Assembly (NCBI GenBank): GCA_947626605.1
Contig: CANQSV010000002.1
Location: 7,620-71,619 of the forward strand
Source: an uncultured Clostridia bacterium
GTDB lineage: Bacteria > Bacillota > Clostridia > TANB77 > CAG-508
Reading direction: 5' to 3'
Length of the DNA: 64,000 nt
This document shows, in pieces, positions 1 to 9,409 of this stretch; position 1 is the first letter of the stretch, and each line of letters starts with the position of its first letter. A program made the position numbers and the translations under genes. The notes under the pieces are model-generated. The model was given only the letters and a program-made list of their open reading frames with translations, ran no database searches and was not told the origin of the DNA.

Positions 1-670
1 TTATCAATTCTGAGCTTGTAAATACTAAACCAAATTTTAGTATTTTTAGTAGACTTGCTCCAAACATAACTGGTATAGCTAAGAAAAAGCTAAATTCTGC
101 CGCAATGAATCTAGAAGTTCCAAGTAGCATAGCACCTAAAATTGTAGCTCCTGATCTTGATGTTCCTGGAATTAGTGCTAACACTTGAAATACTCCTATA
201 ATTAAAGCTGTTTTATAACTTAAACTTTTAAAATCTTTTATTTTTCCATCTTGACCTTTTTTTATTTTTTCTATTATTATGAACAAAATTCCATATAATA
301 TTAAAGTAATTGCAATTGTTGTTGCATTATAAAAAATTCTATCTATTGTATCCTCGAATAAAATTCCTATAATTCCTGCTGGAATCACTGCAACAAGTAC
401 TTTAAACCATAATTGCATAGTGTCTTTTTTTATAAAGCCTTTTTCTTTCGTTGTAAAAGGCCATAGCTTTTTAAAATATATAGTTACCACTGCTAATATA
501 GCACCTAATTGAATTACAACAAAAAACATTTCTTTAAAAGCTTCTGATGCAGATAATTTTATAAATTCATCCACTAATATCATATGTCCTGTACTACTTA
601 TTGGTAACCATTCAGTTATTCCCTCAACTATTCCTAAAATAATTACTTTAAGTATTTCTATAAAATTCAT
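1..670 (-). CDS. uppP: undecaprenyl-diphosphate phosphatase (UppP/BacA), truncated by the window edge
   Basis: Not in the ORF track because it runs off the window. Reverse-strand ATG at 668-670 sits behind an AAAGGAG RBS. Hand translation [36 protein letters not shown]... carries the UppP N-terminal signature. Confidence 0.85.
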   Translation of the reverse strand, partial: MNFIEILKVIILGIVEGITEWLPISSTGHMILVDEFIKLSASEAFKEMFFVVIQLGAILAVVTIYFKKLWPFTTKEKGFIKKDTMQLWFKVLVAVIPAGIIGILFEDTIDRIFYNATTIAITLILYGILFIIIEKIKKGQDGKIKDFKSLSYKTALIIGVFQVLALIPGTSRSGATILGAMLLGTSRFIAAEFSFFLAIPVMFGASLLKILKFGLVFTSSELI

Positions 671-693
671 TTTCTTTCTCCTTTGTTAAAAAT

Positions 694-1560
694 TTATATT
701 AACTCATATATAATATCTCTTATATATTCAGCCACTGTAAGTGGAGCAACTTTTCCTGGTAATGCTAATGCTTCTACTACGTTAATTTTTCTTTTCTTTG
801 CCTCTTCTCTATTAATCCCACCTGGTTTTGAAGCTAGTTCTATTATTAATGCATCGTTTTTTACTTTTGCCAATAATTCTGCATCCAAAATTTCTGTTGG
901 TATTGTATTAAATATTATATCAAATTTTGCTATTTCATTTTTCAAATCTTTTAGATGTATTGGCTTATATCCATATGCTTTTATCCAAGCTAAATCAGTA
1001 TCTTTTCTTGCCTCACACGAAACATTTACTCCAAGTCCTACTAAACTTTTAGAAAGTAATTTACCTATTCTTCCAAACCCTAAAATTAATACATTAGACC
1101 CATGAAGTGTTCTTTTAGTTTCTTGCATAGCTACTTGTATTGCACCTTCTACTGTTGGAATAATATTTAAAACTGTAAATTTTTCTATATCCAATATATC
1201 TATTATTTCAACATTCTTGCTAGTTAGCACATTTCTTATACTTTCATTTACATTTCCTACAATGAAAGTATGATTATCAAGACTATTTGCTAAATCCTCT
1301 ATTGTTATTTTTTCTTCGCTAAATGGCATTTTTATCATGTCTTTTTCTGTAGATATTGGAATTGGACCTATTACTTTATCTGATTTTTCCAAAGTTTCTT
1401 TTAATGTTTTACATTTTACTATTTTTTCATTTTCTTTTATATCTGATTTTTCTAATCCATATGTAAATACCGTATAATCATCTGAAGCTAATAATTCTAC
1501 TAAACTTACTATTCTTTGATCTCCACCAATAACTGATATTGTTTTTTCCAATAATAACAC
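694..1560 (-). CDS. dpaA: dipicolinate synthase subunit A (SpoVFA/DpaA)
   Basis: 288 aa. N-terminal VIGGDQR Rossmann start, IPTVEGAI, LGFGRIGK and LASKPGG blocks are colinear with Bacillus SpoVFA. Confidence 0.85.
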   Translation of the reverse strand: MLLLEKTISVIGGDQRIVSLVELLASDDYTVFTYGLEKSDIKENEKIVKCKTLKETLEKSDKVIGPIPISTEKDMIKMPFSEEKITIEDLANSLDNHTFIVGNVNESIRNVLTSKNVEIIDILDIEKFTVLNIIPTVEGAIQVAMQETKRTLHGSNVLILGFGRIGKLLSKSLVGLGVNVSCEARKDTDLAWIKAYGYKPIHLKDLKNEIAKFDIIFNTIPTEILDAELLAKVKNDALIIELASKPGGINREEAKKRKINVVEALALPGKVAPLTVAEYIRDIIYELI

Positions 1561-1615
1561 TCTCCCTTTTATTTTGAAGTTTTAGTATTAATATTGTATT
1601 TGTTCAACTTTTCTT

Positions 1616-2863
1616 TTATGATTCTTTCTCGAAATCATTATCTGATTTTTCATTATTTTCAAGTTCTTTATCTATCTCTCTATTGGCTTCTAATTCTTCC
1701 TTAGAAACTCTTGCTAAATTTATATCACTTTTACTAATAGCTCCAGATATTCTGTATGTTTTTTCTAGGTGTTCTTTAACTTTCTTTTCATTTATTGTTA
1801 GGTTACTTGTTTTCTCTTTCTTGCTGTCATCTGAAGAAAATCTTATAGAAGCTTTTATTGCTATAAATACAGGCTCTTCTTCAGCTATTTTTGAATATTT
1901 ACTGTCTGTTTCTATTGCAATATTTACATACTGCAAAGCTTTTTCTTTTTGTCCTTTTAGCATTGCTATTTTAGCTAAATTATAATAGGCTCCCGCTTCT
2001 GCTTCTTTATCTTGCAAACTCTTTTGAAAATATATTTCAGCTTCATCTAAATCTCCATATATAAGATTTATTTGTGCTAAACTATAGTAAGCATGATATA
2101 ATAGAGAATTTATATCTGCAGCTTTTTCATAGCAAAGTTTTGCATTAGCAAAATCGCTTAATAGAGTATAAGCCATTCCCATATTATAATATGCTTCATA
2201 ACTATTTGGATAATATTTTAACATATCGGAATATACATTTAAAGCTTCTTTATAACTTCCATTGGAACATAATACATCTCCTAATAATTGCATTGCTTCA
2301 AAATGATCTGGTTTTACTTTTAATAAGTTTTTAAGCATAATTATTGATTCATCTTTTTTATCTAATTCATTTAATAGAAACGATATTCTATAATAACTTT
2401 TACAATCTTTATTGTCTAATTCAATTACCTGTACATACTCATCAATAGCTTTTCTCATTCCACCTTCTTTTTCATATATTTGAGCTAATAACTTATGTCC
2501 CATACAACTCTCAGGATATTGGTTAACAAGATTTAATAATGCTTCTTTTTGTTTTTTATCATTTCCTATAATTTTATAAACCTTTGTTTTAAGTAGAGAA
2601 AAAGCTTCTGAACAATTTATTCCTTTTGCTTCTATAAATAAAACTGCTATAGGAATTACTATTGCCATAGTATACATTATAATTTTATATGTCCAAATAA
2701 GAGATAAGCTTAATATTATTTCTATAAAATTAAGTAAAATTCCTATTGCTTCAATTATTAATATTGTTACATATGCTGTATCGTTTTTCCTAATTAATTT
2801 GAAAAAAATAAATACAAATAAGGAAAAAGCTACAACATTAAACAATAATTTTTCAATTAACAT
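1616..2863 (-). CDS. membrane-anchored tetratricopeptide (TPR) repeat protein
   Basis: 415 aa. About three N-terminal hydrophobic helices are followed by repeated A/Y/L-spaced TPR-like 34-mers (AYYNMGMAY, AYYSLAQIN, AYYNLAKIA) and an acidic tail. Confidence 0.7.
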   Translation of the reverse strand: MLIEKLLFNVVAFSLFVFIFFKLIRKNDTAYVTILIIEAIGILLNFIEIILSLSLIWTYKIIMYTMAIVIPIAVLFIEAKGINCSEAFSLLKTKVYKIIGNDKKQKEALLNLVNQYPESCMGHKLLAQIYEKEGGMRKAIDEYVQVIELDNKDCKSYYRISFLLNELDKKDESIIMLKNLLKVKPDHFEAMQLLGDVLCSNGSYKEALNVYSDMLKYYPNSYEAYYNMGMAYTLLSDFANAKLCYEKAADINSLLYHAYYSLAQINLIYGDLDEAEIYFQKSLQDKEAEAGAYYNLAKIAMLKGQKEKALQYVNIAIETDSKYSKIAEEEPVFIAIKASIRFSSDDSKKEKTSNLTINEKKVKEHLEKTYRISGAISKSDINLARVSKEELEANREIDKELENNEKSDNDFEKES

Positions 2864-3015
2864 TTCTCTTTTCTCCTTTTTTTATTTTTCTATATTTTAC
2901 GTCAAAATATGAAAAAAGTCCATACTTTTACTTATTTAAATATACTAATACTTAAAATTTACTAGCATATATTTCTTCTTCTGGGAAATACTATTTTTAA
3001 AGGTGGTTTTTAATT

Positions 3016-4704
3016 ATGAATTTTTTTAATAACTTTTTTAATAAAGTATTTCATCCTAATATACAAAAACAATATCAGTTTGTCTTAACTAAAAATAATA
3101 GTTCACAAGATTCTACTAATGAATTACAGCCTTTGGAAAATTTAGACCAAACTGTTTATCCTGATTTAAAGAATAATTTAGATTATGTAAAAGTTAAATA
3201 TAATGCTTTAATAAATAGTGATATAAAAATAAGAAATTTTTCTATAAACTTTAATAAACAAAAATTTTCTGCTTTTCTTATTTTTATTGATGGTATGGTA
3301 AATTCTGAAATTATTAATAGATTTGTTTTAACACCTCTCATGTTAGACACTTCAACAAACTCAAAAGAAATAATATCCACAATAAAAAATAATGATGTTA
3401 CAATACGTAAAGTAAGGTCTTTTAATTTGGAAGATACTTTATACAACATGCTCCTTCCTCAAAATGACATAAAAAAAAGCACAAAATTCTCTGATATTAT
3501 TACAAATGTTAATAAAGGAAATTGTGCTTTATTTGTAGATACTTTAAATTGTGCTTTTACTTTTGATGTAAAAGATTTAAAACAAAGAAGCATTGAACCT
3601 CCTACTAGTGAAGTAGTTATTAGTGGCTCTCAGGAAAGCTTTGTAGAAGTTATAAGAACTAATACTTCGCTACTTAGAAGGCTTGTTAATAATGAAAATT
3701 TAATTATAGAAAATGTTAATGTTGGAGTTGTAACTAAAACTGATTGTGCCATTTGCTACATTAAAGGAATTGCTAATGATGAGCTTGTTTCTGAAGTAAA
3801 ATATAGAGTTAATAATTTAGATATAGATTATTTAATTTCTTCTGGACAACTAAATCATTTAATTGAAGATAATCCGCGATCTAGTTTACCACAGATTATA
3901 GCAACAGAAAGGCCTGATACAGCTACTTCTTACCTATTAGAAGGTAGAGTTGTTGTTATTGTTAATGGAACTCCTTTTGTTTTAGCGATGCCTGCGACTT
4001 TTATTGATTTTTTGTCCTCTGCTGAAGATACAAATTTAAAATACCAGTTTGCAAATTTATTAAAATTTATTAGAATTATAGCTTTAATCTTTACAGTTCT
4101 TTTACCTGGTATGTACATTGCAGTTACTACATTCCATCAGGAATTAATTCCTTCTGAACTTTTATTTGCAATTGTTGCTTCTAGAAATTCAGTTCCATTT
4201 CCTATCTTATTTGAATTGTTAATTATGGAATTATCTTTTGAATTAATAAGAGAAGCTGGAGTAAGAGTTCCCTCTCCTCTTGGAGCTACAATTAGCTTAG
4301 TAGGTGGATTAATACTAGGTGAGGCTGCCGTATCAGCAGGAATCGTAAGTCCAATAACTATTATTATTGTTGCTATTACAGGAATATCTTCTTTTGCCTT
4401 ACCAGATTACATTATGTCTTTTCATTTTAGAATTTCTAGATTCTTCTATATTTTTTTAGGAACTGTAGCTGGTTTTTTAGGAATAGCTTTTGGACTATTT
4501 ATACACATGGGAATTTTAGCTAATTTAGAATCTTTTGGTGTACCTTATTTAACCCCATATGCACCACTAAGTAAAATTAATCACAATGGCTATTTTCTTT
4601 CTCCGTTTTGGAAAAGAGAAAAAAGACCTGATGCTTTTAATACTAAAAGAGAGCGTTCTCAGGCAAATATTAGTATGACTTGGAAAAAAGGAAGTGAAAA
4701 ATAA
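3016..4704 (+). CDS. spore germination protein, GerA-family A subunit
   Basis: 562 aa. Soluble N-domain plus C-terminal TM bundle, with conserved ISGSQESFVE, RTNTSLLRR and ATERPD blocks typical of GerAA/GerKA. It is the first gene of an A-B-C operon. Confidence 0.85.
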   Translation: MNFFNNFFNKVFHPNIQKQYQFVLTKNNSSQDSTNELQPLENLDQTVYPDLKNNLDYVKVKYNALINSDIKIRNFSINFNKQKFSAFLIFIDGMVNSEIINRFVLTPLMLDTSTNSKEIISTIKNNDVTIRKVRSFNLEDTLYNMLLPQNDIKKSTKFSDIITNVNKGNCALFVDTLNCAFTFDVKDLKQRSIEPPTSEVVISGSQESFVEVIRTNTSLLRRLVNNENLIIENVNVGVVTKTDCAICYIKGIANDELVSEVKYRVNNLDIDYLISSGQLNHLIEDNPRSSLPQIIATERPDTATSYLLEGRVVVIVNGTPFVLAMPATFIDFLSSAEDTNLKYQFANLLKFIRIIALIFTVLLPGMYIAVTTFHQELIPSELLFAIVASRNSVPFPILFELLIMELSFELIREAGVRVPSPLGATISLVGGLILGEAAVSAGIVSPITIIIVAITGISSFALPDYIMSFHFRISRFFYIFLGTVAGFLGIAFGLFIHMGILANLESFGVPYLTPYAPLSKINHNGYFLSPFWKREKRPDAFNTKRERSQANISMTWKKGSEK

Positions 4705-5817
4705 ATGAAAACATCAGATCTTGGTTCTTTAGAAGCTATTGCTTTAGTAATGACAATTATAATTGCTCATATTGTTATTTATCTACCTGCAACAATTATT
4801 GCAGATTTTGGATCAGCTTCTATATTAAATACTCTTTATATTACAGCTATTATATTTATTTTTACCTTAATCGTTGTAAAGCTTTTTAAAAATTTTAACA
4901 GTTTTGACATTTTAGATATAGCAAATTATTTAGGTGGTTCCACGTTAAAAAAATTCTTATCTTTATTTTTTACTGGATATCTTATTATATTTGCTGGACT
5001 TTTTATAAGAGACTTTGCAGAAAGTTTAATAATTGTATATTTTCATGACTTTAAAGTAACAGCAATTATTCTACTATTTTTGATAGCCTCATTTATTATT
5101 AATAAATTTGGATTCAGGCAAGTAATCCGTTGCAATTTTCTAATTCTTCCAACAATACTCATAAGTATAATTATTGTTGTGATAGCAAGTATTCCAAACT
5201 TTACATTTCAAAGGGTTTTCCCCGTTTTGGGATATGGTGTTAAAGAAACTTTTTTAACAGGACTTACTAATATATCTGCTTTTTCAAACTTTTTAATAAT
5301 ATTCTATTTGATACCACTTTTAAAAAACAAAAAGAACTTTAGCCATATATCATTTATCTCCATGGCATTGAGCAGTTTATTGTTAATTAGCTGTGTTGCT
5401 ACTTTACTACTTGTTACCAACTTTGATGCTACACAAACTATATTATCTATTTATTTAGCAACTAGACGTATTTCTCTTGGTATCTTTTTGCAAAGACCTG
5501 ATTCATTATTTATAATATTTTGGATTTTATCAATGTTTGCATATTTATCAATTATAACTGCTTTATCAAATTATGTATTTAACAAATCACATGATAAGAA
5601 TTCAATTTCGACTCCTTCTTTGATTATTATTAGTGTTTTAATATTTATAGTTAGTATCTTGCCTCAAAATGTTGCTCAACTTCGATTTTTAGAAACTACT
5701 TTATTAAAATACTTATGTATATTTTTCGTATTTGGAATAAACTTCATCATTTTAATTTTAGGAAATATAAAATTAAAATTAAATGCTAAAAAAGAAAAGA
5801 AAGTTCCTACTATATAG
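4705..5817 (+). CDS. spore germination protein, GerA-family B subunit (APC-like permease)
   Basis: 370 aa polytopic membrane protein. Its start abuts the stop of the A subunit, which suggests translational coupling. Confidence 0.75.
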   Translation: MKTSDLGSLEAIALVMTIIIAHIVIYLPATIIADFGSASILNTLYITAIIFIFTLIVVKLFKNFNSFDILDIANYLGGSTLKKFLSLFFTGYLIIFAGLFIRDFAESLIIVYFHDFKVTAIILLFLIASFIINKFGFRQVIRCNFLILPTILISIIIVVIASIPNFTFQRVFPVLGYGVKETFLTGLTNISAFSNFLIIFYLIPLLKNKKNFSHISFISMALSSLLLISCVATLLLVTNFDATQTILSIYLATRRISLGIFLQRPDSLFIIFWILSMFAYLSIITALSNYVFNKSHDKNSISTPSLIIISVLIFIVSILPQNVAQLRFLETTLLKYLCIFFVFGINFIILILGNIKLKLNAKKEKKVPTI

Positions 5818-5841
5818 AAATTTTTTAGAAAGGTTATTAAT

Positions 5842-7062
5842 ATGAAAAAAATATTTATATACATTTTAACTACTATAATTACAGTATCGCCATTATTTAT
5901 ATTAACTGGATGTTCTGAAAAGAGCATTGATCAACTAGCTTATGTTATTTCAATTGGTATAGACGAAGGTAAGAATGATAAACTGAAAATATATTTTGAA
6001 ATTTCTACACCAACTTCTTCTGGAAGTGATAGTGCTTCTAGTAGTCAGGGTAGTGAAAAGAGTTCTAGCTCTACAGTAATTTCTGTTGAATGTTCTTCTA
6101 TAGACAGTGGTCTAAACCTTTTAAATAGCTATTTAAGCAAACCGGTAGATTTATCTCATTGTAGTATAATAGTTTTTTCTACTGAATTAGCTGAAAAGGG
6201 ATTACATGATTATATTTACACATTTGTTAATAATGTAGAAATACGTCCATCTTGTAATATTTTAGTTTGTACTTGTTCTGTAAAAGAATTCTTTGAAAAT
6301 TCATCTAATTCTTTAGAAAGTTATTCGTCTAATTATGAGTCATTAAATGAAAATCTAACTGGCTACACTGAAATTGTAACTATCAGTGATTTCTTTTTAA
6401 AAACTAATGATACTTTTGGAGAGCCATTTGCTATATTATGCGGTTTAAGCTCAAATGATATATCTTCCTTAAGTACATCAGCTTCATCAGGAAGTTCTGG
6501 TGATGATGAAAAAAAAGAAGGTAAACCGACTCTAAAAACATTAGGATTAGCTGTTTTTAAAGAAGACAATCTGGTTGGGTTCTTATCTCCTTTGGAAACT
6601 TTAGCACATCTAATACTTACAAATGAACTTGAAAATACTAGATTATCTATTCCTAATCCATTTGAAGAAAATTCTATTATTGATTTGTTTTTAACTCAAA
6701 AGTCAAATACTAAAGTTAAAATTGACATAATAGATGGTAAGCCTGTCGTAAATGTTACTGCAAAATTAACAGCTAAAATCTCATCTATTTCTAATAATCA
6801 AAAATATTTAGATGAAGAAAAACTAAAAACTTTACAGAAATCAGCAAATCAATACCTTGAAAAGGTTTTCATGGATTATTTTAAAACTACTTCTAGAAAG
6901 TATAAATCTGATGTTGGAGGTCTTGGAAAATATGCTGTTAATAAGTTTTGGACTTGGAATGATTGGGATAATTTTAAATGGAAAGAAGCATATACGCAAG
7001 CATCTTTTAATGTTAAAGTAGATACTAATATAACTTCAAGCTATTTCTTGCTTGAAACTTAA
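5842..7062 (+). CDS. Ger(x)C-family germination lipoprotein
   Basis: 406 aa. Signal peptide with lipobox LTGC, third position in the gerA-type operon, and the Ger(x)C-like start QLAYVISIGID. It contains Ser-rich low-complexity inserts. Confidence 0.75.
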   Translation: MKKIFIYILTTIITVSPLFILTGCSEKSIDQLAYVISIGIDEGKNDKLKIYFEISTPTSSGSDSASSSQGSEKSSSSTVISVECSSIDSGLNLLNSYLSKPVDLSHCSIIVFSTELAEKGLHDYIYTFVNNVEIRPSCNILVCTCSVKEFFENSSNSLESYSSNYESLNENLTGYTEIVTISDFFLKTNDTFGEPFAILCGLSSNDISSLSTSASSGSSGDDEKKEGKPTLKTLGLAVFKEDNLVGFLSPLETLAHLILTNELENTRLSIPNPFEENSIIDLFLTQKSNTKVKIDIIDGKPVVNVTAKLTAKISSISNNQKYLDEEKLKTLQKSANQYLEKVFMDYFKTTSRKYKSDVGGLGKYAVNKFWTWNDWDNFKWKEAYTQASFNVKVDTNITSSYFLLET

Positions 7063-7087
7063 AAACAAGGTTTATAAACCTTGTTTT
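7062..7087. terminator. bidirectional intrinsic terminator between the ger operon and truB
   Basis: Perfect palindrome AAAACAAGGTTTA/TAAACCTTGTTTT, flanked by an A-run and a T-run. Confidence 0.7.
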
Positions 7088-7092
7088 ATTAT

Positions 7093-7962
7093 TTATACTA
7101 TTATTTCTCTTTTTAATAAATTATTTTCAACTATACCTATACCAATAAAATTATTGTTTATATCATAAATTCTATATAACTCTTCTTTTATGTTTCTAGT
7201 TAATCTTACACCATTTAAGAATAGATTTAGTCCTTTTTCATTTAATTGCAATTTTTCTTTTTCTTTAAAAAATCTTTCTATTGATATAAAATACTTATCC
7301 ATAAAATCTTTTTCGTTTATATTCTTTTCTAACTCATCTATTGTAATTGCATCTTTAATGTTAAATTTTCCAACTTCTTTTCTTTGTAGATTTTCCATAT
7401 ATCCCACTGTTTCTAGTTTTTCTGCTATATCTTTACAAAGAGTTCTTATATAAGTTCCTTTTGAACATTTAACAGTATATGTAATTTTATTTCCATCTAT
7501 GTTCTCTAATTTTATGTCATAAATTTCTATTGCTCTTGGTTTAATTTCTACCTCTTGACCATTTCTTGCATAATCATATAGTTTTTTTCCATTTACTTTT
7601 ATTGCAGAATATATTGGTGGTATTTGTTCCTGCTTACCAATAAATTCACTAAAAACTCTTTTTAAGTTTTCTTCTGTTAATTTTTTTAAATCAACTTTTT
7701 TTTCTTTTATTACCTTGCCCTCAACATCCAAGGTTGTTGTTTCTTTTCCAAGAAAAATTGTAGCTGTATAAATTTTATCATGTTCTATTAAGTATTTGGA
7801 TAGTTTTGTTCCTTCTCCAATTAGCAAAGGAAGAACTCCTGTTGCATTTGGATCAAGAGTTCCTGTGTGTCCTACCTTTTCTTTTAATATTTTTTTTACC
7901 TTATATACAATATCATGTGAAGTACATCCTTTGGGTTTGTTTATTACAATTATTCCATCCAT
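7093..7962 (-). CDS. truB: tRNA pseudouridine(55) synthase
   Basis: 289 aa. GHTGTLDPNATGVLP catalytic-Asp motif and a C-terminal PUA-like region. Confidence 0.9.
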   Translation of the reverse strand: MDGIIVINKPKGCTSHDIVYKVKKILKEKVGHTGTLDPNATGVLPLLIGEGTKLSKYLIEHDKIYTATIFLGKETTTLDVEGKVIKEKKVDLKKLTEENLKRVFSEFIGKQEQIPPIYSAIKVNGKKLYDYARNGQEVEIKPRAIEIYDIKLENIDGNKITYTVKCSKGTYIRTLCKDIAEKLETVGYMENLQRKEVGKFNIKDAITIDELEKNINEKDFMDKYFISIERFFKEKEKLQLNEKGLNLFLNGVRLTRNIKEELYRIYDINNNFIGIGIVENNLLKREIIV

Positions 7963-7994
7963 ATTTATCCTCTATAATAAAATTAGCATCTCTA

Positions 7995-8945
7995 TTATAA
8001 ATTTGCTTTTACTTGTGATATTATTTTTTGTTTTGATTCTTCTAGTGAATATGATAGTGTACAGCCAGCAGCTCTCGGATGTCCTCCACCTCCAAATATC
8101 ATACATACATCAGAAACATTTACTTTTCCATTTGATCTTAATGATGCTTTGAAGCCTTCATCTGTTTCTCTTAGAAGAATAGCTACTTCTACGCCTTCAA
8201 TATCTCTTGCAATTTCAACAATTCCTTCATGATCTCCTGGTTCAGCTTCTACATTTCTCTCATCTTCCTTTGTGATATATGTAAAAGTTATTTTTTCATC
8301 TTCCAAGAATTCTAATCTAGATGTTGCTATTTGTGATAATTTGAAGTGAGATTTAGTTTTTATTTGAAGTACCTTTTTGTATATATCAGAAACATCTACA
8401 CCTTTTGATAAAATATGTGCTGTAAATTCAAAAGTTTCTGGTGATATTGTGGAATATTTAAATCCACCTGTATCTGTTATTATACCTGTTAATATACATG
8501 CTCCTATATCTTTTGTTATTTCTATCCCTATATATTCAAAAATTCCAATAAGAATTTGTGCACATGCTGGTGCAGCAGGATTTACAAAATTATAATCAGC
8601 AAACATTTTATTACTCTCATGGTGATCTATTGAAATTGTTACTTTTGCATTTTCAAAAATTTCTTCTTGTCCTTCTATTCTCTGTTCTGTTGCACAATCT
8701 AAAGCTATTGCTAAATCATATTGAGGCTTTGCCTCTTCTTTTTTCCTTGCTTCATTTGCACAAGGTAAAAATTCATAAACTCTTGGCATTTCCTCTATTA
8801 TTAAATCCGCTTCTTTTCCATATTGCTTTAATGCAACATAGAAAGCTAGTGAACTTCCTATTGCATCTCCATCTGGACTTTTATGAGTTAATAAAACTAT
8901 CGAATTTGCTTTTTTTATTTCTTCTAATATATTATCTAAAGTCAT
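7995..8945 (-). CDS. nrnA: DHH/DHHA1 phosphoesterase (oligoribonuclease/pAp phosphatase NrnA-like)
   Basis: 316 aa. Motifs H-x-SPDGDAIGS, DHH (SIDHHESN) and GGGGHPRAAG, in the conserved position between rbfA and truB. Confidence 0.85.
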   Translation of the reverse strand: MTLDNILEEIKKANSIVLLTHKSPDGDAIGSSLAFYVALKQYGKEADLIIEEMPRVYEFLPCANEARKKEEAKPQYDLAIALDCATEQRIEGQEEIFENAKVTISIDHHESNKMFADYNFVNPAAPACAQILIGIFEYIGIEITKDIGACILTGIITDTGGFKYSTISPETFEFTAHILSKGVDVSDIYKKVLQIKTKSHFKLSQIATSRLEFLEDEKITFTYITKEDERNVEAEPGDHEGIVEIARDIEGVEVAILLRETDEGFKASLRSNGKVNVSDVCMIFGGGGHPRAAGCTLSYSLEESKQKIISQVKANL

Positions 8946-8949
8946 AATT

Positions 8950-9327
8950 CTATTCTCCCTCTTCAGTTTCTTTTGGCTTATTTGGCATTATTTCTTTTAA
9001 AATAGAATCTATTTTTGCACCATATTCTATAGAATCATCAAGTTCAAATATTATTTCTGGTGTGATTCTTAAATTTATTCTTTTAGCTACCTCTGATCTT
9101 ACAAAAGGTGCTGATTTCTTTAATCCAGCTAAAGTTTGTTTTAAATTCTTAGAATTCATTATACTAACATATACTTTTGCAAACTTCAAATCTGGCGTAA
9201 CTTTTGCTCTTGTAACACTTATCATTCCTGTTACATTAGGATCTTTAATGTCATACATTATTATATTACTTATTTCTTTTTTTAATTCCTCATCAATCCT
9301 ATTAAATCTATTATTGTTTTTATTCAT
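8950..9327 (-). CDS. rbfA: ribosome-binding factor A
   Basis: 125 aa. Typical RbfA core (VTRAKVTPDLKFAKVYVS) located immediately downstream of infB. Confidence 0.9.
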   Translation of the reverse strand: MNKNNNRFNRIDEELKKEISNIIMYDIKDPNVTGMISVTRAKVTPDLKFAKVYVSIMNSKNLKQTLAGLKKSAPFVRSEVAKRINLRITPEIIFELDDSIEYGAKIDSILKEIMPNKPKETEEGE

Positions 9328-9369
9328 TTTTCCTCCTTAGTTTGCTTTTATTTGAATAAGTTTTCTTTT

Positions 9370-9396
9370 CGGGAGACCACTGGTCGCCACTACATA
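9370..9396. repeat. 27-nt GC-rich stem-loop motif, copy 1 (CGGGAGACCACTGGTCGCCACTACATA)
   Basis: Lies in the infB-rbfA intercistronic gap. It matches 50664-50690 at 24 of 27 positions, and one stem pair is swapped C-G to G-C. Confidence 0.8.
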
Positions 9397-9409
9397 TATA
9401 TTCACATTA

